Positions 12,546 to 26,412 of a DNA stretch of 64,000 nucleotides are shown one piece after another. The notes under the pieces are model-generated. The model saw nothing but the letters and a program-made list of their open reading frames with translations. It was not told the DNA's origin and ran no database searches. The stretch is taken from contig NC_134028.1 of NCBI RefSeq assembly GCF_964204645.1, positions 27,276,345-27,340,344 of the forward strand, read 5' to 3'. The position numbers and the translations under genes were made by a program. The stretch comes from Tubulanus polymorphus. Taxonomy: Eukaryota > Animalia > Nemertea. Every line of letters starts with the position of its first letter. Position 1 is the stretch's first letter.

Positions 12546-13144
12546 TATTTGTAGTACGATGATCATCTGTTTGCCTCAGGTTATTTTTTGGTGAATAGAT
12601 TCTATACTAACTTATATATTTTGAACACAAATATTCTCTTTATCCTTAGAAGCCACTTTATTTAAAAGATACTTTGCTCAATAGAGTACGTAGTTTATTT
12701 CTGAATGAACGAAAGGGTTGGTGACATTATTCAATATATATAAAAACCACAATATCTATTTTACGGTTGGTATGCAACAATTTCCACTCTTTTCCATAGG
12801 TGTCGCTTTGGATAAATGTCTATATTTCTTGACCCAATGGACCGATTACGATTAAACTTGATACACAGGAACTTTTATCAAGTAGCACTCGGGGTGGGTG
12901 AAATCGCTCTAGGTTGAAGTTACACTGTCCTAAAATGGCTCCAAACAACGTGAAATTGGTAGTTAGGCCTACTTCGAGTAGCACCTAATACGACGATTAA
13001 CAGTACAAATATCGATATAGACACGGTTTTAGTCGACACATTGATCGCCGGGTTTAAACATTCATGGATATGACCATGTTTCACAATTAAATTCATCTTC
13101 TAAATGAGGACGACCATCGATCACGTGTCTAATGGCATCATAAT

Positions 13145-13725
13145 GGGTACGGGGTGTCCCGCGTTCGAACCAAATAATTACTGATACTGGTTCAGAGTGG
13201 TCTTGATACTGAATAGAGGATGTACTGGGGTATCCCGAGTTCGAACCCAGTAACTACTGATACTGATTCAGAGAGGTCCTGATGCTGATTTGATGATGTA
13301 CAGGGGTGTCCCGGGTTCGAACTCAGTAGTGGTCCAAGTTGTCCTGATGCTGAATGGAGGATGTACAGGGGTGTCCCGACCGTACGGTGCTGCCGCTATG
13401 CTCATCGTTAGCGGGATTTCCATACACTAACTGAAGTCAACTCTGGCAATCGTCGTGCTGTCCAGTTATACTCCGTAACCCTTGCTTGCCAGAGTTGACT
13501 AACGTTAGTGTATGAAAATCCTGCTACCGATGAGCATAGAGGCAGCACCGTACGGTAAAATGTTGATATCTTAACAAAAGTAATTACTGATAACTGATTG
13601 GTCCTGATGCTGAATGGAGGATGTTCAGGGTTATCCCGGGTTCGAACCCAGTAATTACTGATACTGGTTCAGAGTGGTCTTGATACTGAATAGAGGATGT
13701 ACAGGGGTGTCCTGGGTTCGACCCC
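13145..13725 (+). repeat. Tandem array of 60-77-bp tRNA-like units with A/B boxes (paralog 24295-24910; remnants 10135-10210)
   Basis: Unit tggttcagagtggtcttgat...ggggtgtcccgggttcgaacccagt. Confidence 0.75.
13379..13556. mobile_element. Foldback MITE with ~70-bp arms (paralog 24507-24684)
   Basis: accgtacggtgctgcc...agtcaactctggcaa / ttgccagagttgact...ggcagcaccgtacggt. Confidence 0.85.
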
Positions 13726-13807
13726 GCCACGAAAAATGATTAAATAACGCACACACGACTTACAGCAACATTTATCTATATGTATTCCTCATTGACATGT
13801 AACACAC

Positions 13808-13892
13808 CAGGACCCAGTTCCACAGTTGTGAGTTTGGGGTAACCCATTGAAAATGAAATAACTTTAACTCACAACTGTGGAACTGGGTCCTG
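13808..13892. mobile_element. Small MITE with 27-bp perfect TIRs
   Basis: caggacccagttccacagttgtgagtt / aactcacaactgtggaactgggtcctg. Confidence 0.85.
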
Positions 13893-14089
13893 CCCTTTTA
13901 AGAATAGTAGTTGGACCATCGAATTGAAACCCTCGCATACTATGGTAAGAAAGAATAAATGAATCCCTCAAATGGACACCAGGGGTCGCAGTTTCACAAA
14001 AAACGATGCATTTTTTAAACGAATTATTGAAGAAATTTAATCTGGATCAAATCTAACAAAAACAGATGAACTTCCTGAACTCAGCTTTT

Positions 14090-17000
14090 CTTTTTTGTTG
14101 ATCTTTGATAATTAATCCGGTGAACTGTACCCGCGGTACAGATGATGCGAGGGTTTCAATCAGATTTAGATGCCGCAGTTTCGCACACTGAATAGCGAGT
14201 ATTTAATCCCATCGAGTCCAGTTTCACAGAGAAAGTATGAATCAATTTCAACTTGGGATTTAATTTTTTCTTCAAAATAAAATGTTTGAACGCAATTGGT
14301 TTGTGAAACTGTACCCTAGGCTCAGTTTCTTCAAAAATATTCATTCATTGAGGCGGTAAAGTCGAATTGATTAAAGTTTTTTGAATAAATTATTTCTATG
14401 AAACTGAACCCGTGGGATTTACGTGTGACGCACTGAGTGTGTGTGAAACTGCTGGCGTCTGTAATCACAACTAAAACAACACAGAAAATTCATCTTTATT
14501 TCAAATAAAACAGAACAACAGTTCACACGAAATATTATAGTCCCATGATAAAGAAAACCTCGATATTTCAACTTTATGGTTTCATTGATTGAGTGACTTA
14601 AAACATGTCGATATTACATCATTATACAATATGTGTATCATACAATTTTTTACAAAACCAGACCAATAAAACTGGGTCGTGGGGTACAAACAATTACAAA
14701 CTAATGCAACCAGTTATCGCTGCTTTACAGCTACATTTAATCTTCAATTTCAATTTTCACTAAAACTTTAAAACCCACTATATAGAAACTTAATAGAAGT
14801 AAAAGACACAACATTTTGGAGTCTCTGTAGAGACCATCATCAAGTCTGAAGAATAACTAAAACAGGGAAAAACAAGTTAATTGGGAAAGTAAAGCGAGTG
14901 TTCAGTGCTAAGGTCGAGAGGTTTTGTTATTTTGTTCGTATAGGTTGTTCTAGTTATTTCTTCATTATACTTTTATTATTTTGATTCTGATTCTTGATAA
15001 ATGAATTTTGCCTTTTAAATTTGCATATAACAGGGTTTAAATTATATATTCTATGCCCGAGTCAGGCTATTATTCTATTAGCAAAAATGACACCACAGCT
15101 TTGAGAGACGAATCAGGGGATGACTTGATTGTTTTTATAGATATGTGATACACAGTCTATCAAACCATCATAAACAGAACAACAGTAGGCTGCCCGTGCC
15201 GGTCGGCACAGATAAACAATATTCATTTGGCTCCAGGTAGATGGCTGGTCCCTGTCCCTGTCAAATGGCAAATTAGTCCCGATCCCAACTTCGTCCTAGA
15301 ATAGAGAAAACTTGCGTCAGCAATTATTACATAGAAAATGTTCAATTGAATTAACAGTCAAGTGGGAATTGTTTTCATGACATAATTCGGTAACTAGAAT
15401 TTATAATTACCTTATAATTCAAGATAATTCAACACCATTATTCAATCTTTGATCACTTTTCAAACTGTTCTATTGGACAAATTTCATGCTGCAAAAAATC
15501 ATCATACTATGAAAATACTAAGTAATGTATTTATAGCAGTCTGAAATTGGGGCTAAATTCTATTAGAAAATCAATCATTTTCAAACTTGTGTTGAGCAGA
15601 ATTAAGCAGCATCAGCTGCAGCAGCATCAGCCGCACTGCTTCCCGGAGAATCACACATAAAAATTCTGTACAGAATAATTAAATGTTAGAATATTATGAA
15701 ATTAGAGCACAGTGGAGTGATGAAAGACTCACCATTTCTAAACTCATATCAGATAAGTTCAGTGCCATCTAGCAGGATTTCACTTCCAACAGTCATAATG
15801 TCATGAAGTTAAGAGAACTGATGATTTTCTGAGAAAATAAATTCTTAAAACGATAGCAGCAGCTTCAGCAACTAGAGCTTCTTTACTCTTTGAAGGTGAA
15901 TATTTTTAATTTCTCCAGTTCCAAAAAGTGTTGGGCGTATTGCATTCTGGAAAGAGAAAATTATGCCAGAAAATGGTTAATGAAATAGATAGAAACTGCA
16001 ACTTGTTTGTGTTCGATTGACAGAAAACCTACCAGGTTAATGAGTAGTTTATCACAATGTGTCGAGTATATGCAGATTTCTGAGAGGTTTGATGGTAGCT
16101 TTAGACTGCGTCCTCAAGTAAAACGTTGATACCTGCCAACATTGACCGATCAAAACATCATTTTCTGGACTTGATTTGAAGATCACCACAAATTACTGCA
16201 ATAAATCGATATAAAACTCACCGCTTCTGACTTGTTTGATTCTTAGAGCAATATTTACTGCAAGTTCAGCTTTATTTTGGACCCTAGAATACAACAGTTG
16301 TATAATTTTGATGATTCGAACTTTGACCAGAATAGAAGTGATTGAAAATTCGCCTTCACTGATTAATGTAGCTTCTAATCAGGAAATGAGTTTATAAATG
16401 TACAGTCAAACAGAGACTAGAATCTGTAGAGATATTTACCGGTACTGTATTGGTTTTGAGGACTTAAAGCGATGTCCATCTTAAACAAATGTGAAGTGAA
16501 TTCCCAATGTTTACTGTTCACAGATTCTATCAAGGGTTCCAGATATTTCAGCTCCTAAATACGAATTTTAGAAATTTTCAGTGAAGCTGTTATGAAATAA
16601 GAGCAGTTTCACACCAAATTAAACTAAGCCGTGATCTTTGAGTGGTTGAATGCTGGAAACATGAACAGATCGAATAATTTATATAGAACAGTTCTCTAAA
16701 AATAATGAATTTCCAAACAGGTTTTACCTGCTGCTGCCGCTGCTGGTAGCGCTGTTGCTGCATGGTGCTGGTACTGCAGGTACTGCCAGTGCTGCTGTTG
16801 CAGCTGCTGGTGGCGCTGTTGCTGCATGGTGCTGGTACTGCAGGTACTGCCAGTGCTGCTGTTGCTGCTGCTGCTGCGGTGTGTATCTCATCCTGTAACT
16901 GAGAGTAAAACAGTAATTTTTAGTTCAAAAATAATTCAAAATATCAACAGAGACTGTGAAGAATTCTGTGGAGAAATTCATTAACAGTTTTGTACTTACC

Positions 17001-18039
17001 TTTAAATGAGCCTGTTTAAATAGTAAATTATATTGCATTCATTTCATTCTGAAAAGAAAAAGAAACAATAATCAGTGACAATAGAGCAGAATGTAACATC
17101 TCAAATTTTCAATCAATCAGACAGAAACAGTACAGGATTTCTGTGGATTAAACTGCTGTACTTATTTCATACTGATTGAACAGTTACAGATACATGTAAC
17201 ATTGTGTACAGATACAGAGTACAGATCACTGCATTACTTCATCCTGTGATTGAACAGTGATTTAATGTTCTCTCATCTTCATTAGATTCCCATCCGTCTA
17301 ACTAAAACATCAGAACATTTCAACTCATCTAACCTCCCGACCCAACCCTCCCAGACCCCATCCCTCCCGCCCTTCTTCTCTCCCATACCCCTTCAATCCT
17401 GCCTCCCGCCCCCTTCCCTCCCACGCCCCTTCCCTCCCGCCTCCTTCCCTCCCTCATCCCTTCCCTCCCGCCCTACCCGACCCCTTCCCTCCCGCCCATA
17501 CCCTAGCCCTCCCTCAATGCCCCCGCACCTGGCCCTCCCTCAATGCCCTCCCACCTAGCCCTACCTCAATGCCTCCTCAACTCTCTCAATGCCCTCCCAC
17601 CTGGCCCTCCCTCAATGCCCTCCCACCTAGCCCTACCTCAATGCCTCCTCAACTCTCTTGTCTCCTCTTCACACACCACTCATCTGTACAATAACTACAA
17701 AACGATTTGCCATTTTTCACGATCATATCAATTTCATTTATAAATCAAAATCCTTAATCAATTGCATCATTGATGGGACTCACAGATACTTTCTCTACAC
17801 ATTTTGGACACATTCAGATGACTTCAAATGATCATATGCCTGGGTTGGTCTTGAAAATCACATGGCTTCATTTTTACAGATGATTTCTTTATCAATTTCA
17901 TCAAATTATTCCTATTATTTCTACTCCCTCTAATAAGTATTCACAATATATCTCAGTTTCACGACAAGTTGCAGCAGTCGTCTGTAAACAGATTTCATTT
18001 CATCAAATGATGCGAGTTTGAGTTGTAGAGGTTTCATCT
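14090..18039 (+). repeat. Segmental duplication block A' (paralog 1-4005)
   Basis: Colinear match with small indels and VNTR length differences. Confidence 0.95.
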
Positions 18040-18889
18040 ACAAAACATCAAACCAAACCTGAGGAACTTAATGTTGTAAGGGAGGGGGACGTATATGGAG
18101 GGTTCACCCGAACAAAGGAAATAAGCCCGAACCAAATCTCCACACTCACAAAATATTGTGATAAGGGCAAACACAAACCAAGGACAAGAATGATGGCTGA
18201 GATCAAAACAATTAAGGCTATTTATGTTGCTTCACCAATTCAACATGACGTCACTAAATGAAACCATTGTGGACTATTTCAATACTCTCTACTAGAGGTT
18301 TCATATAAGCAAGTAGTTTATGGAATCCTATTCATAAAAGTTATTAATCAATGTTTTTAAACTGCTGATGCAAAATATATACGTCATAAATAATCTGTTT
18401 GATTGTCTTTTCAAGTTAAACCCAGTCGAACGAACTCCAGCCATTTTTCCTTCATTTGCCATTTTTCGTTTTTACTCTTTTCTCTGACTTTTAGCACTTG
18501 AGTCGAGGTAGGAATAGACCCCTGCCCGCTCGCTAAGCGTGCAGGACACTAAACCTTCGAATTGCTCTCGGACCCCACTCTTTATATCAGCATTTCATGC
18601 TGTTTTATTTTATTCACGCATTCGCTTTACATTTTTTCATATGGCTTTTCCTTATTTGTCGTCTCACTAAAATTCTCATCCGTTCCGACTGGGATCAAGT
18701 TTAATCTTTTAGAGACAAACAGCAAAAGGTTGTGTTAGTTGCACCAGCAGCAGCAGCAGCAGCTGCAGCAGCACCAGCAGCAACACTGATACAGACGAAT
18801 CTTTCATTAACTACGTCATTTGTTCCATTCTCAAATATTGAGTCATGAAGGCAACAGAAATAACTTTAAAAAACTTTCAATCTATCATT

Positions 18890-19195
18890 TATGGCCTTGT
18901 TTTAGTGACCTAAGCGTCAAATATTGGTTCATAGCCCAGGTTTGGTGACCAAAGAGTCAAAGTTTGGTTCATGGCTCAGGTTTAGTGACCAAAGAGTCAA
19001 AGTTTGGTTCAAGGCTCAGGTTTAGTGACCAAGGAGTCAAAGCTTGGTTCAAGGCTCAGGTTTAGTGACCAAAGAGTCAAAGTTTGGTTCATGGCTCAGG
19101 TTTAGTGACCAAATAGTCAAAGTTTGGTTCATAGCCCTGTTTTGGTGACCAAAGCGTCAAAGTTTGGTCTATGGTTCTGATTTGGTGACCACGGA
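18890..19195. repeat. 40-bp minisatellite, ~7-8 units
   Basis: ggctcaggtttagtgaccaaagagtcaaagtttggttca(t/a). Confidence 0.92.
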
Positions 19196-19850
19196 GGGTA
19201 AATATAGCTCATGGCCCTCGTTAAAGGTAGGTCAGTTTTATGGCTCTGGTTTGATTAGCAAATAACGTGAGAAATTGAGCGTTGCATATGTTGAATAGGG
19301 GAATTGGACTAAACACTCATCACTAGAATAAAGTGAAGAATTATGTTCACACTGAATGGGCTCAAAATCTTGACTAATTGATAAAATCTGAAATAATTCT
19401 GACTAATTTGAGTCTATCGGAAAATGATGCATTGATCGAAGTCTAAAAGCTATAAACTGACAAATTGATCGAGCACTGATAATATTTTAAATAACAGCGG
19501 AGGATGAAATAACTTTCATAAACTGATATGATCGTGAAAAATGGCAAAATACACTAGATACACCTCCCCCACGCTTTATCAGAGTCTCATTGTAGTAGGA
19601 AGATTGCCGTAGCCTAACTGTAAAAACTACAACTACATCTGGTTGAATATCATTTGTTTTTATGGCTTTTAAATTCAGTAAAATATTTCCTGATAGAAGT
19701 ATAATTAGTTCGCAGCCCCTTAAATTCTGTCTAGAATAGAATTATAAGTCACAGGTAGAAATAGAATATTATCCTATTCTAAAATGAATATAATAATAGA
19801 ACAATAGTCTCTCCGTGTCAATCTTTGTCCCACCTAAAAATTGTACAGTT

Positions 19851-20606
19851 TATTTCAGAAAATATGTCCCATTTTTTTGAAAAGGATAACTAATTATTAA
19901 GGATATCTATGAATAGTGATATACTGTGCCATGAAGGCAAATGAAGAAGTGTGTCAATAAAAGTGATTACAAAACATATCACTTATTCTAATGAGTTCTA
20001 TACTCTTCTTCCAAAAATGAAGAGTAGGTCTCTGTCTAAGAATCTGCAGAAAAAAGAGGAAGCAGCGATGAATGTGACTGCATCAACAATTTTCTAAGTC
20101 GTCCTATACAGTTCTCAGTATTTACAGCCGTTTTTAAAATAGCACAGAAGAAAATACATCTTTCAGCTGGAAATGTATCAGTAAACCGCCAGATATCAAC
20201 AGTAATTATTACGTATGATTGTTGTTTCATTGAATTATTAATGAAACCGTTTTTTGATCGGAGCCAAGGAGCAGTTTGTGATCATTCAAAAAATATCACT
20301 CATTCCTGACCACATTAAATAATGGCCCTAAACATTGAAACGTCCCAATTCAAAAATCTGGGGGCAATTATCTCATAACGATTGAGAGAAGTGACAGTGA
20401 AATAACGTGCGCACTCACCGGGGATCAAACCCGGGTCTCATAGAAATAACAACCAGTAAAATAGAACGAGTCCAATTGGCCGATGCTTATACAGCTTACT
20501 GTAACATGACAAGTTGCAGTCACACATGTTGCGGCCACATGACGTGTTTCATAATGATTAATCCTTTCTTAGAATAATAAAAAGATGGGACACATTTTCT
20601 GAAATA
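19851..20606. mobile_element. Possible non-autonomous DNA element bounded by 22-bp inverted repeats
   Basis: tatttcagaaaatatgtcccat / atgggacacattttctgaaata; no TSD seen. Confidence 0.35.
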
Positions 20607-20884
20607 TCCTGAATTTCGAGACTAAAACTACGACTAAACCACCTGTACCTGTACCTAAAACCCCACCCAATATCCCTCCCTCCAAAGTCCTACCACCACC
20701 CCTACATCCCTCCCGCCCTCCCTCACCCCTTCCCTCCCGTACCCTTTCCCTCCCGCCCTCGCTCACCCCTCCCTCCCGCCCTCCCTCACCCCTTACCTCC
20801 CGCCCTCCCTCACCCCTTACCTCCCACCCTCCCTCACCCCATAGCCCTACCTCCCCCAAACCTACCCACCCTCCCTAAACCCTG

Positions 20885-21085
20885 TGGTTAGGTGAGATGA
20901 ATGTTCTAATGTTTTAGTTAGACGGATGGGAATCTAATGAAGACGAGAGAACATTAAATCACTGTTCAATCACAGGATGAAGTAATGCAGTGATCTGTAT
21001 CTCAGTATCTGTACACAATGTTACATGTATCTGTAACTGTTCAATCAGTATGAAATAAGTACAGCAGTTTAATCTATAGAAATTC
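20885..21085 (-). repeat. Inverted third copy of 3105-3305 / 17135-17335
   Basis: Reverse complement of catccgtctaactaaaaca, gatcactgcattacttcatcctgtg etc. Confidence 0.9.
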
Positions 21086-21892
21086 TAACTCTCAAGATAC
21101 ACATGATCTGATTGTCACGAAGGAACATGATTGATAACAGTTGTATTATTGACATCAGGAACCAGTTTCATATTGATTAAAAATAACATTTGAGTTGACC
21201 ACAATTTAGAAAACCTGTAAACCCGCACAGAAATAACAATCCCAATCATGAACTGATTATAGTCAAATATTCACCAAAAGAAATTTGAAATGATTGAATA
21301 AATGCAACAGGTTTCTGAGATTTCATTTCAAAACATGGTTTATAACAAACAATATAAAATTGGTCCCTAAAAATCAATTCAACAACCGATAAATAAAGAT
21401 TAATGTAACTTATCTTGAATTTCCACATAGGCTATAGTGATTCCTGATGTCATGCTGAATCCAAGAATGATTCCCGATGTCCGGCGCGAAACCAAAAAAG
21501 TCTGATTGTGAAACACTGATTCCTTGTTGTCCTGTGCTGAATCTAAGAGTGATTCTTGTTTTCCTGTGCTGAATCAAAATTCCTGTTGAACATGTTGAAG
21601 TGATACCTATAATAGACAAATCTAAGATTGTTTTCTTTCCTCAGAAATAACTGCAGAAATATCAAATCTAAAATTCAAACTTACAAATTAGATTGTTCAC
21701 TCCAATCTGCAGTTCATTTATTCACGGGGTTTTTCTATCCACAGTTTAGGTTTTGCATCTAGAGTTGAACATGAAATATAAACAAAAAGGTAATGAAAAA
21801 ATGAACAGTTTAAATATTATCTGTTTCTGAAACCAATGATCATCATCATCATCATCATCAATATCAGACGAATGGAGGCAAGTAGTGGCATC

Positions 21893-22235
21893 CATCCTCC
21901 CGCGGCAGTGACTCGAACCTCATGGCATCCAGATTGCCACGGTACGAAACCCTGCCACACTAGACCGAGTGCGCAGCAGCTACACGCGCAGCTTAGATAA
22001 TGTCATTAATAGCCAATCAGAAATTCAGTTTTATTTTAGCCCGGGTTTACCCATTTATAGTTCTTCCGTGAAATTTACCTCAGCGATTAACGAGCGATCT
22101 GTTTGGTGCCGCAAGATTTCGCGCGGTAAAGCTGCGCATGTACCTGCGCACCCAGTCTAGTGTGGCAGGGGGTCGTACGGTGGCTGAGTGTAGCAAGCGA
22201 TGTCATCAGGTTCAAATCCCTTCCATGGGAGGATG
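21893..22235. other. Palindromic element with ~100-bp arms, each carrying an outward-facing B box, and a central CCAAT
   Basis: ccctgccacactagac...gcgcagctt / aagctgcgc...gtctagtgtggcaggg; outer catcctccc / gggaggatg. Confidence 0.7.
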
Positions 22236-23019
22236 TTGGTTGGTGTCCGACACGTTTGGACTGCTGTGGTGATTAATATCGGTTTAGCGACAGATGAAAT
22301 AAACTTACACTGTTTTCACTATTTGATGAAATCAGTCGATGGAATCATTTTAGAACAAATTCATCACAAAACAGCGAGGTGAAGCCCATCGTGGTCTAGA
22401 TATATCAGGATGGAATGACGTCGATATGCTTGACTGAGCGCCACCAGTCCAAGTGCACCGTTTGTAGGATGTTCCTCTGAAATAATTTGATTTACCACAA
22501 TATCTGAGATGGAATATTTTTCGCCATTTAAACCAATGTTACAAACACTTACCAAATATTGAAATACTGATTTCAGGGGTCCGGAAGGAGGGTGGCAATA
22601 TTAAGGTGAGGATTTTGCTAAATTTCGTGTTATGGTAAAGCACGCCATTTTGATATTGCGTCATAGTGTACCTCAGATTGGGATTCCCGCCGCTAGACTG
22701 GTCACCGCCACCTGCATTCGCAAGTAGAAATGGCAACCAGTCTATTGCAGGTCTCGGCTTCTTTTCGATTATATTGAATTTTTATATTCTACGCAATATT
22801 CAAAGAATTTATTCTAATGAAAACCACGCTCTTGGATCAAAGGCCCGTTGATTACTACTTTAGTTCTCAGAAATTCCGCTATCGTTATTCATAGGGGCAG
22901 CACTGAACGGTTGTTATCTGATGCAGTCTTGCTATTTTACTGCGGCATGTGAGGAATACAGATTTTTCTTAAATCAAATTTCATTCATCACTCAACACAA
23001 GTTTGTTAGAAATTAATAA

Positions 23020-24975
23020 CTCTACCAACATTAGAGCTTTATATAAGGAGAGTAAATAGTATGATAGAATCTACTTAATTCCGATCATTGGGACCAACAA
23101 AATTCATCCGTTTTATGGCAAATCCGGATTAAAAGTCATTTTCGTGTATATGAATGAATAAATTGACTGTAAATATTATCCGGATTAGACCAAAATTCGG
23201 ATTAAGCCGATGCGGATTAAACGATTTAGTTTGACTGTATCAGCCAATAGAATCAGTCTTGGAATACAGAAAGACGTTCACGATTGAGTTATGTACAAAT
23301 ACGGATATGAGAAAAGCTTAGATTCACCTCCTAAGCCATCACCCATGGAACTGGCCCCAGGGCACTAAAAAGGCAATTACCAAGAAACAAACACTGACGC
23401 GAGTGTTGGCCTGTTTAATAAACGCAGTAACCCTAGTGTTGGCCTTGTACCACACTGACCACACGTATTCACAAACTTACTCAGCCACCAGAACTCAGCA
23501 GTCTAGTGGTTAGCGTGCTCGGCTGGCATGCTGGAGTTCGCAGGTTCGAGTCCTGCTAGGGTTAGGGTTACGTTCGATCTAGGGTTAGGGTTAGTGCCTC
23601 AGGTTGGGGCTAATTTTTGGCCCAGCGAGGTATTTGTAGTACGATGATCATCTGTTTGCCTCAGGTTATTTTTTGGTGAATAGATTCTATACTAACTTAT
23701 ATATTTTGAACACAAATATTCTCTTTATCCTTAGAAGCCACTTTATTTAAAAGATACTTTGCTCAATAGAGTACGTAGTTTATTTCTGAATGAACGAAAG
23801 GGTTGGTGACATTATTCAATATATATAAAAACCACAATATCTACTTTACGGTTGTTATGCAACAATTTCCACTCTTTTCCATAGGTGTCGCTTTGGATAA
23901 ATGTCTATATCTCTTGACCCAATGGACCGATTACGATTAAACTTGATACACAGGAACTTTTATCAAGTAGCACTCGGGGTGGGTGAAATCGCTCTAGGTT
24001 GAAGTTACACTGTCCTAAAATGGCTCCAAACAACGTGAAATTGGTAGTTAGGCCTACTACGAGTACGGGTAGAACACAGTTTGAAATCGTATCGTTGTAG
24101 GTTATCGTAAAGAAGATGAATCCGTAGGCACCTAATACGACGGTTAACAGTACAAATATCGATATAGACACGGTTTTAGTCGACACATTGATCGCTGGGT
24201 TTAAACATTCCTGGATATGACCATGTTTCACAATTAAATTCATCTTCTAAATGAGGACGACCATCGATCACGTGTCTAATCGCATCATAATGGGTACGGG
24301 GTGTCCCGCGTTTCAACCAAGTAATTACTGATACTAGTTCAGAGTGGTATTGATACTGAATAGAGGATGTACAGGAGTATCCCGAGTTCGAACCTAGTAA
24401 TTACTGATACTGGTTCAGAGTGGTCTTGATACTGAATACAGGGGTGTCACGGGTTCGAACCCAGTAGTGGTCCAAGTTGCCCTTATGCTGGATAGAGGAT
24501 GTCCCGACCGTACAGTGCTGCCGCTATGCTCATCGTTAGCGGGATTTCCATACACTAACTGAAGTCAACTCTGGCAATCGTCGTGCTGTCCAGTTATACT
24601 CCGTAACCCTTGCTTGCCAGAGTTGACTAACGTTAGTGTATGAAAATCCCGCTACCGATGGGCATAGAGGCAGCACCGTACGGTAAAATGTTGATATCTT
24701 AAAAATAATAACTGATAACTGATTCAGAGTGGTCCTGATGCTGAATAGAGGATGTACAGGGGTGTCCCGGGCTCGAACACAGTGGTGGTCCAAGTTGTCC
24801 TGATGCTGAATAGAGGATGTACAGGGGTGTCCCGGGCTCGAACACAGTGGTGGTCCAAGTTGTCCTGATGCTGATTAGATGATGTACAGGGGTGTCCCGA
24901 GTTCGAACCCAGCACTATTCTAGGTTGTTTCTCGAAAAATGATTGAATAACGCACACACGACTTACAGCAAAATT
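23020..24975 (+). repeat. Segmental duplication block C'
   Basis: Matches 11935-13780. Confidence 0.9.
23491..23630 (+). mobile_element. tRNA-derived SINE-like head with TTAGGG repeats, copy 3
   Basis: Near-identical to copy 2. Confidence 0.7.
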
Positions 24976-26117
24976 TATGTATATTTACTCCAGAGAGGAT
25001 TTTGATAAAACCAATGTCTCTAGTAAACTTTGCATCATTCATGAATCTACTCAACCAAAATAAATAAAATTAAAACCAAATTTTAGAATCTACAGGGCTT
25101 CATTTCTGAATGATTATTGTTTGTTTTGGCTGGTGCGTTGTCATGGTGATGGCAAGGTGTTGATCCGATGTCTGGAAAAATAGTAATTCCTCAAAACGGA
25201 GCCAAATTTCATCCTGAAATGAATAACTACACTTATTTTCATCGATATGATAATGAAACGAGTTTATTTGAGCAAAATACGTTATAGAAATTTATCACAG
25301 AAATATAGAACTTGTCGATGTCGACCGCGCCCCGCTGATAAACTAGGTGAAATACCTATTGTGAGTCACCGATTTAAGTTTTTAAGTTTCTTTGTTTGAA
25401 ATACCGGTATTTTATTGGGAATATTTTTCACATAATTTTTCTGTGAACTATTGCACGGAAATCGCAACAAATTCCTAATTTCGTGGTATTATTTCCTGCA
25501 ACTATCAATTCGGAGCGGCATGTAAAGTCTACCGCGGGCACTATCGTGAGCTCTTTACTTGGTGCCCGGAGCGCTAAAGTCCTGTTCACCTCGATCTGCG
25601 TGGACTGCAGAACTAGCCCTCCCAAGTGGAGTATGTCCCATTTGAGAATGATGGCGGACGAATCAATCCCATTTTTCGCTTGAAATATTTAGAAGCTTCT
25701 CTTTCAACGCAGAAGCGACAGAATGTCTTCAAACCATTTCAACATTGAGATACAGTAAGTAAATTTACTTATGAATCGAATACTTTTTTGTACGGTTGAA
25801 GGTGATTCGAGATGGAAGGTGTCGGAACACAGGGGCTTGTCACTCACAATTTGACGGAGGGAGGATGGATTGGATGACACCAGTTGCCAGTATCCCTATC
25901 TATATAAGGATACTGGTGTGGTCCATCCTCAATCAAATTGTGATAAGCTCCTGTGTGTTGGACATAAAACACTCGGGTTTAACCGCCATGTCGAGCTGAT
26001 GCGTGTAAAACTGTCGGCCGACATTCAAGATACAATTAGTAAAATGTATGAATAATATCAAGTGTGGATCGAGGCCTAATATAAACTATTATTATCAATG
26101 CAGATGGAGCATTTGAG

Positions 26118-26220
26118 CAGGGACTTGACACAAAAGGATTTTGACCCCAGTATCCTCAGTCTTTTTATATATAGTACCTAGGATACTGGGGTTGAAATCG
26201 TTTTGTGTCAAGTCCCTGTG
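26118..26220. mobile_element. Hairpin element with ~39-bp arms (partially deleted paralog 9131-9211)
   Basis: cagggacttgacacaaaaggattttgaccccagtatcct / aggatactggggttgaaatcgttttgtgtcaagtccctg. Confidence 0.8.
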
Positions 26221-26412
26221 ATTACTATCAATACAGATGTAGCATTTGACCCCGCGGATACCCTGGATTTTAGAGTGATTTCTCTGACAGGTTTCTATGT
26301 TTATTTCAGGGTGATGCTCAACTAAATAACTGCAGTCATGCAGGAAGTTCAAGAAATAACTGTTTGCAATGAAGTGAACAAGTGATCCCTCAATTCAGGT
26401 AGATATATCTTA

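Larger units (their letters stand above)
11935..13780 (+). repeat. Segmental duplication block C (paralog ~23020-24975; partial copy 5790-6307)
   Basis: taccaacattagagctttatataaggagag ... aacgcacacacgacttacagcaa shared between copies. Confidence 0.9.

Noticed and set aside
19500-19680. Minus-strand PDVVVV...KRGGGV resembling a LINE APE endonuclease
   Set aside because: The catalytic ETW motif is absent and the spacing is too short; cannot be supported without a search
23905-24243. 112-aa hydrophobic ORF
   Set aside because: The paralog near 12975 lacks ~70 bp of it, and there is no recognisable domain
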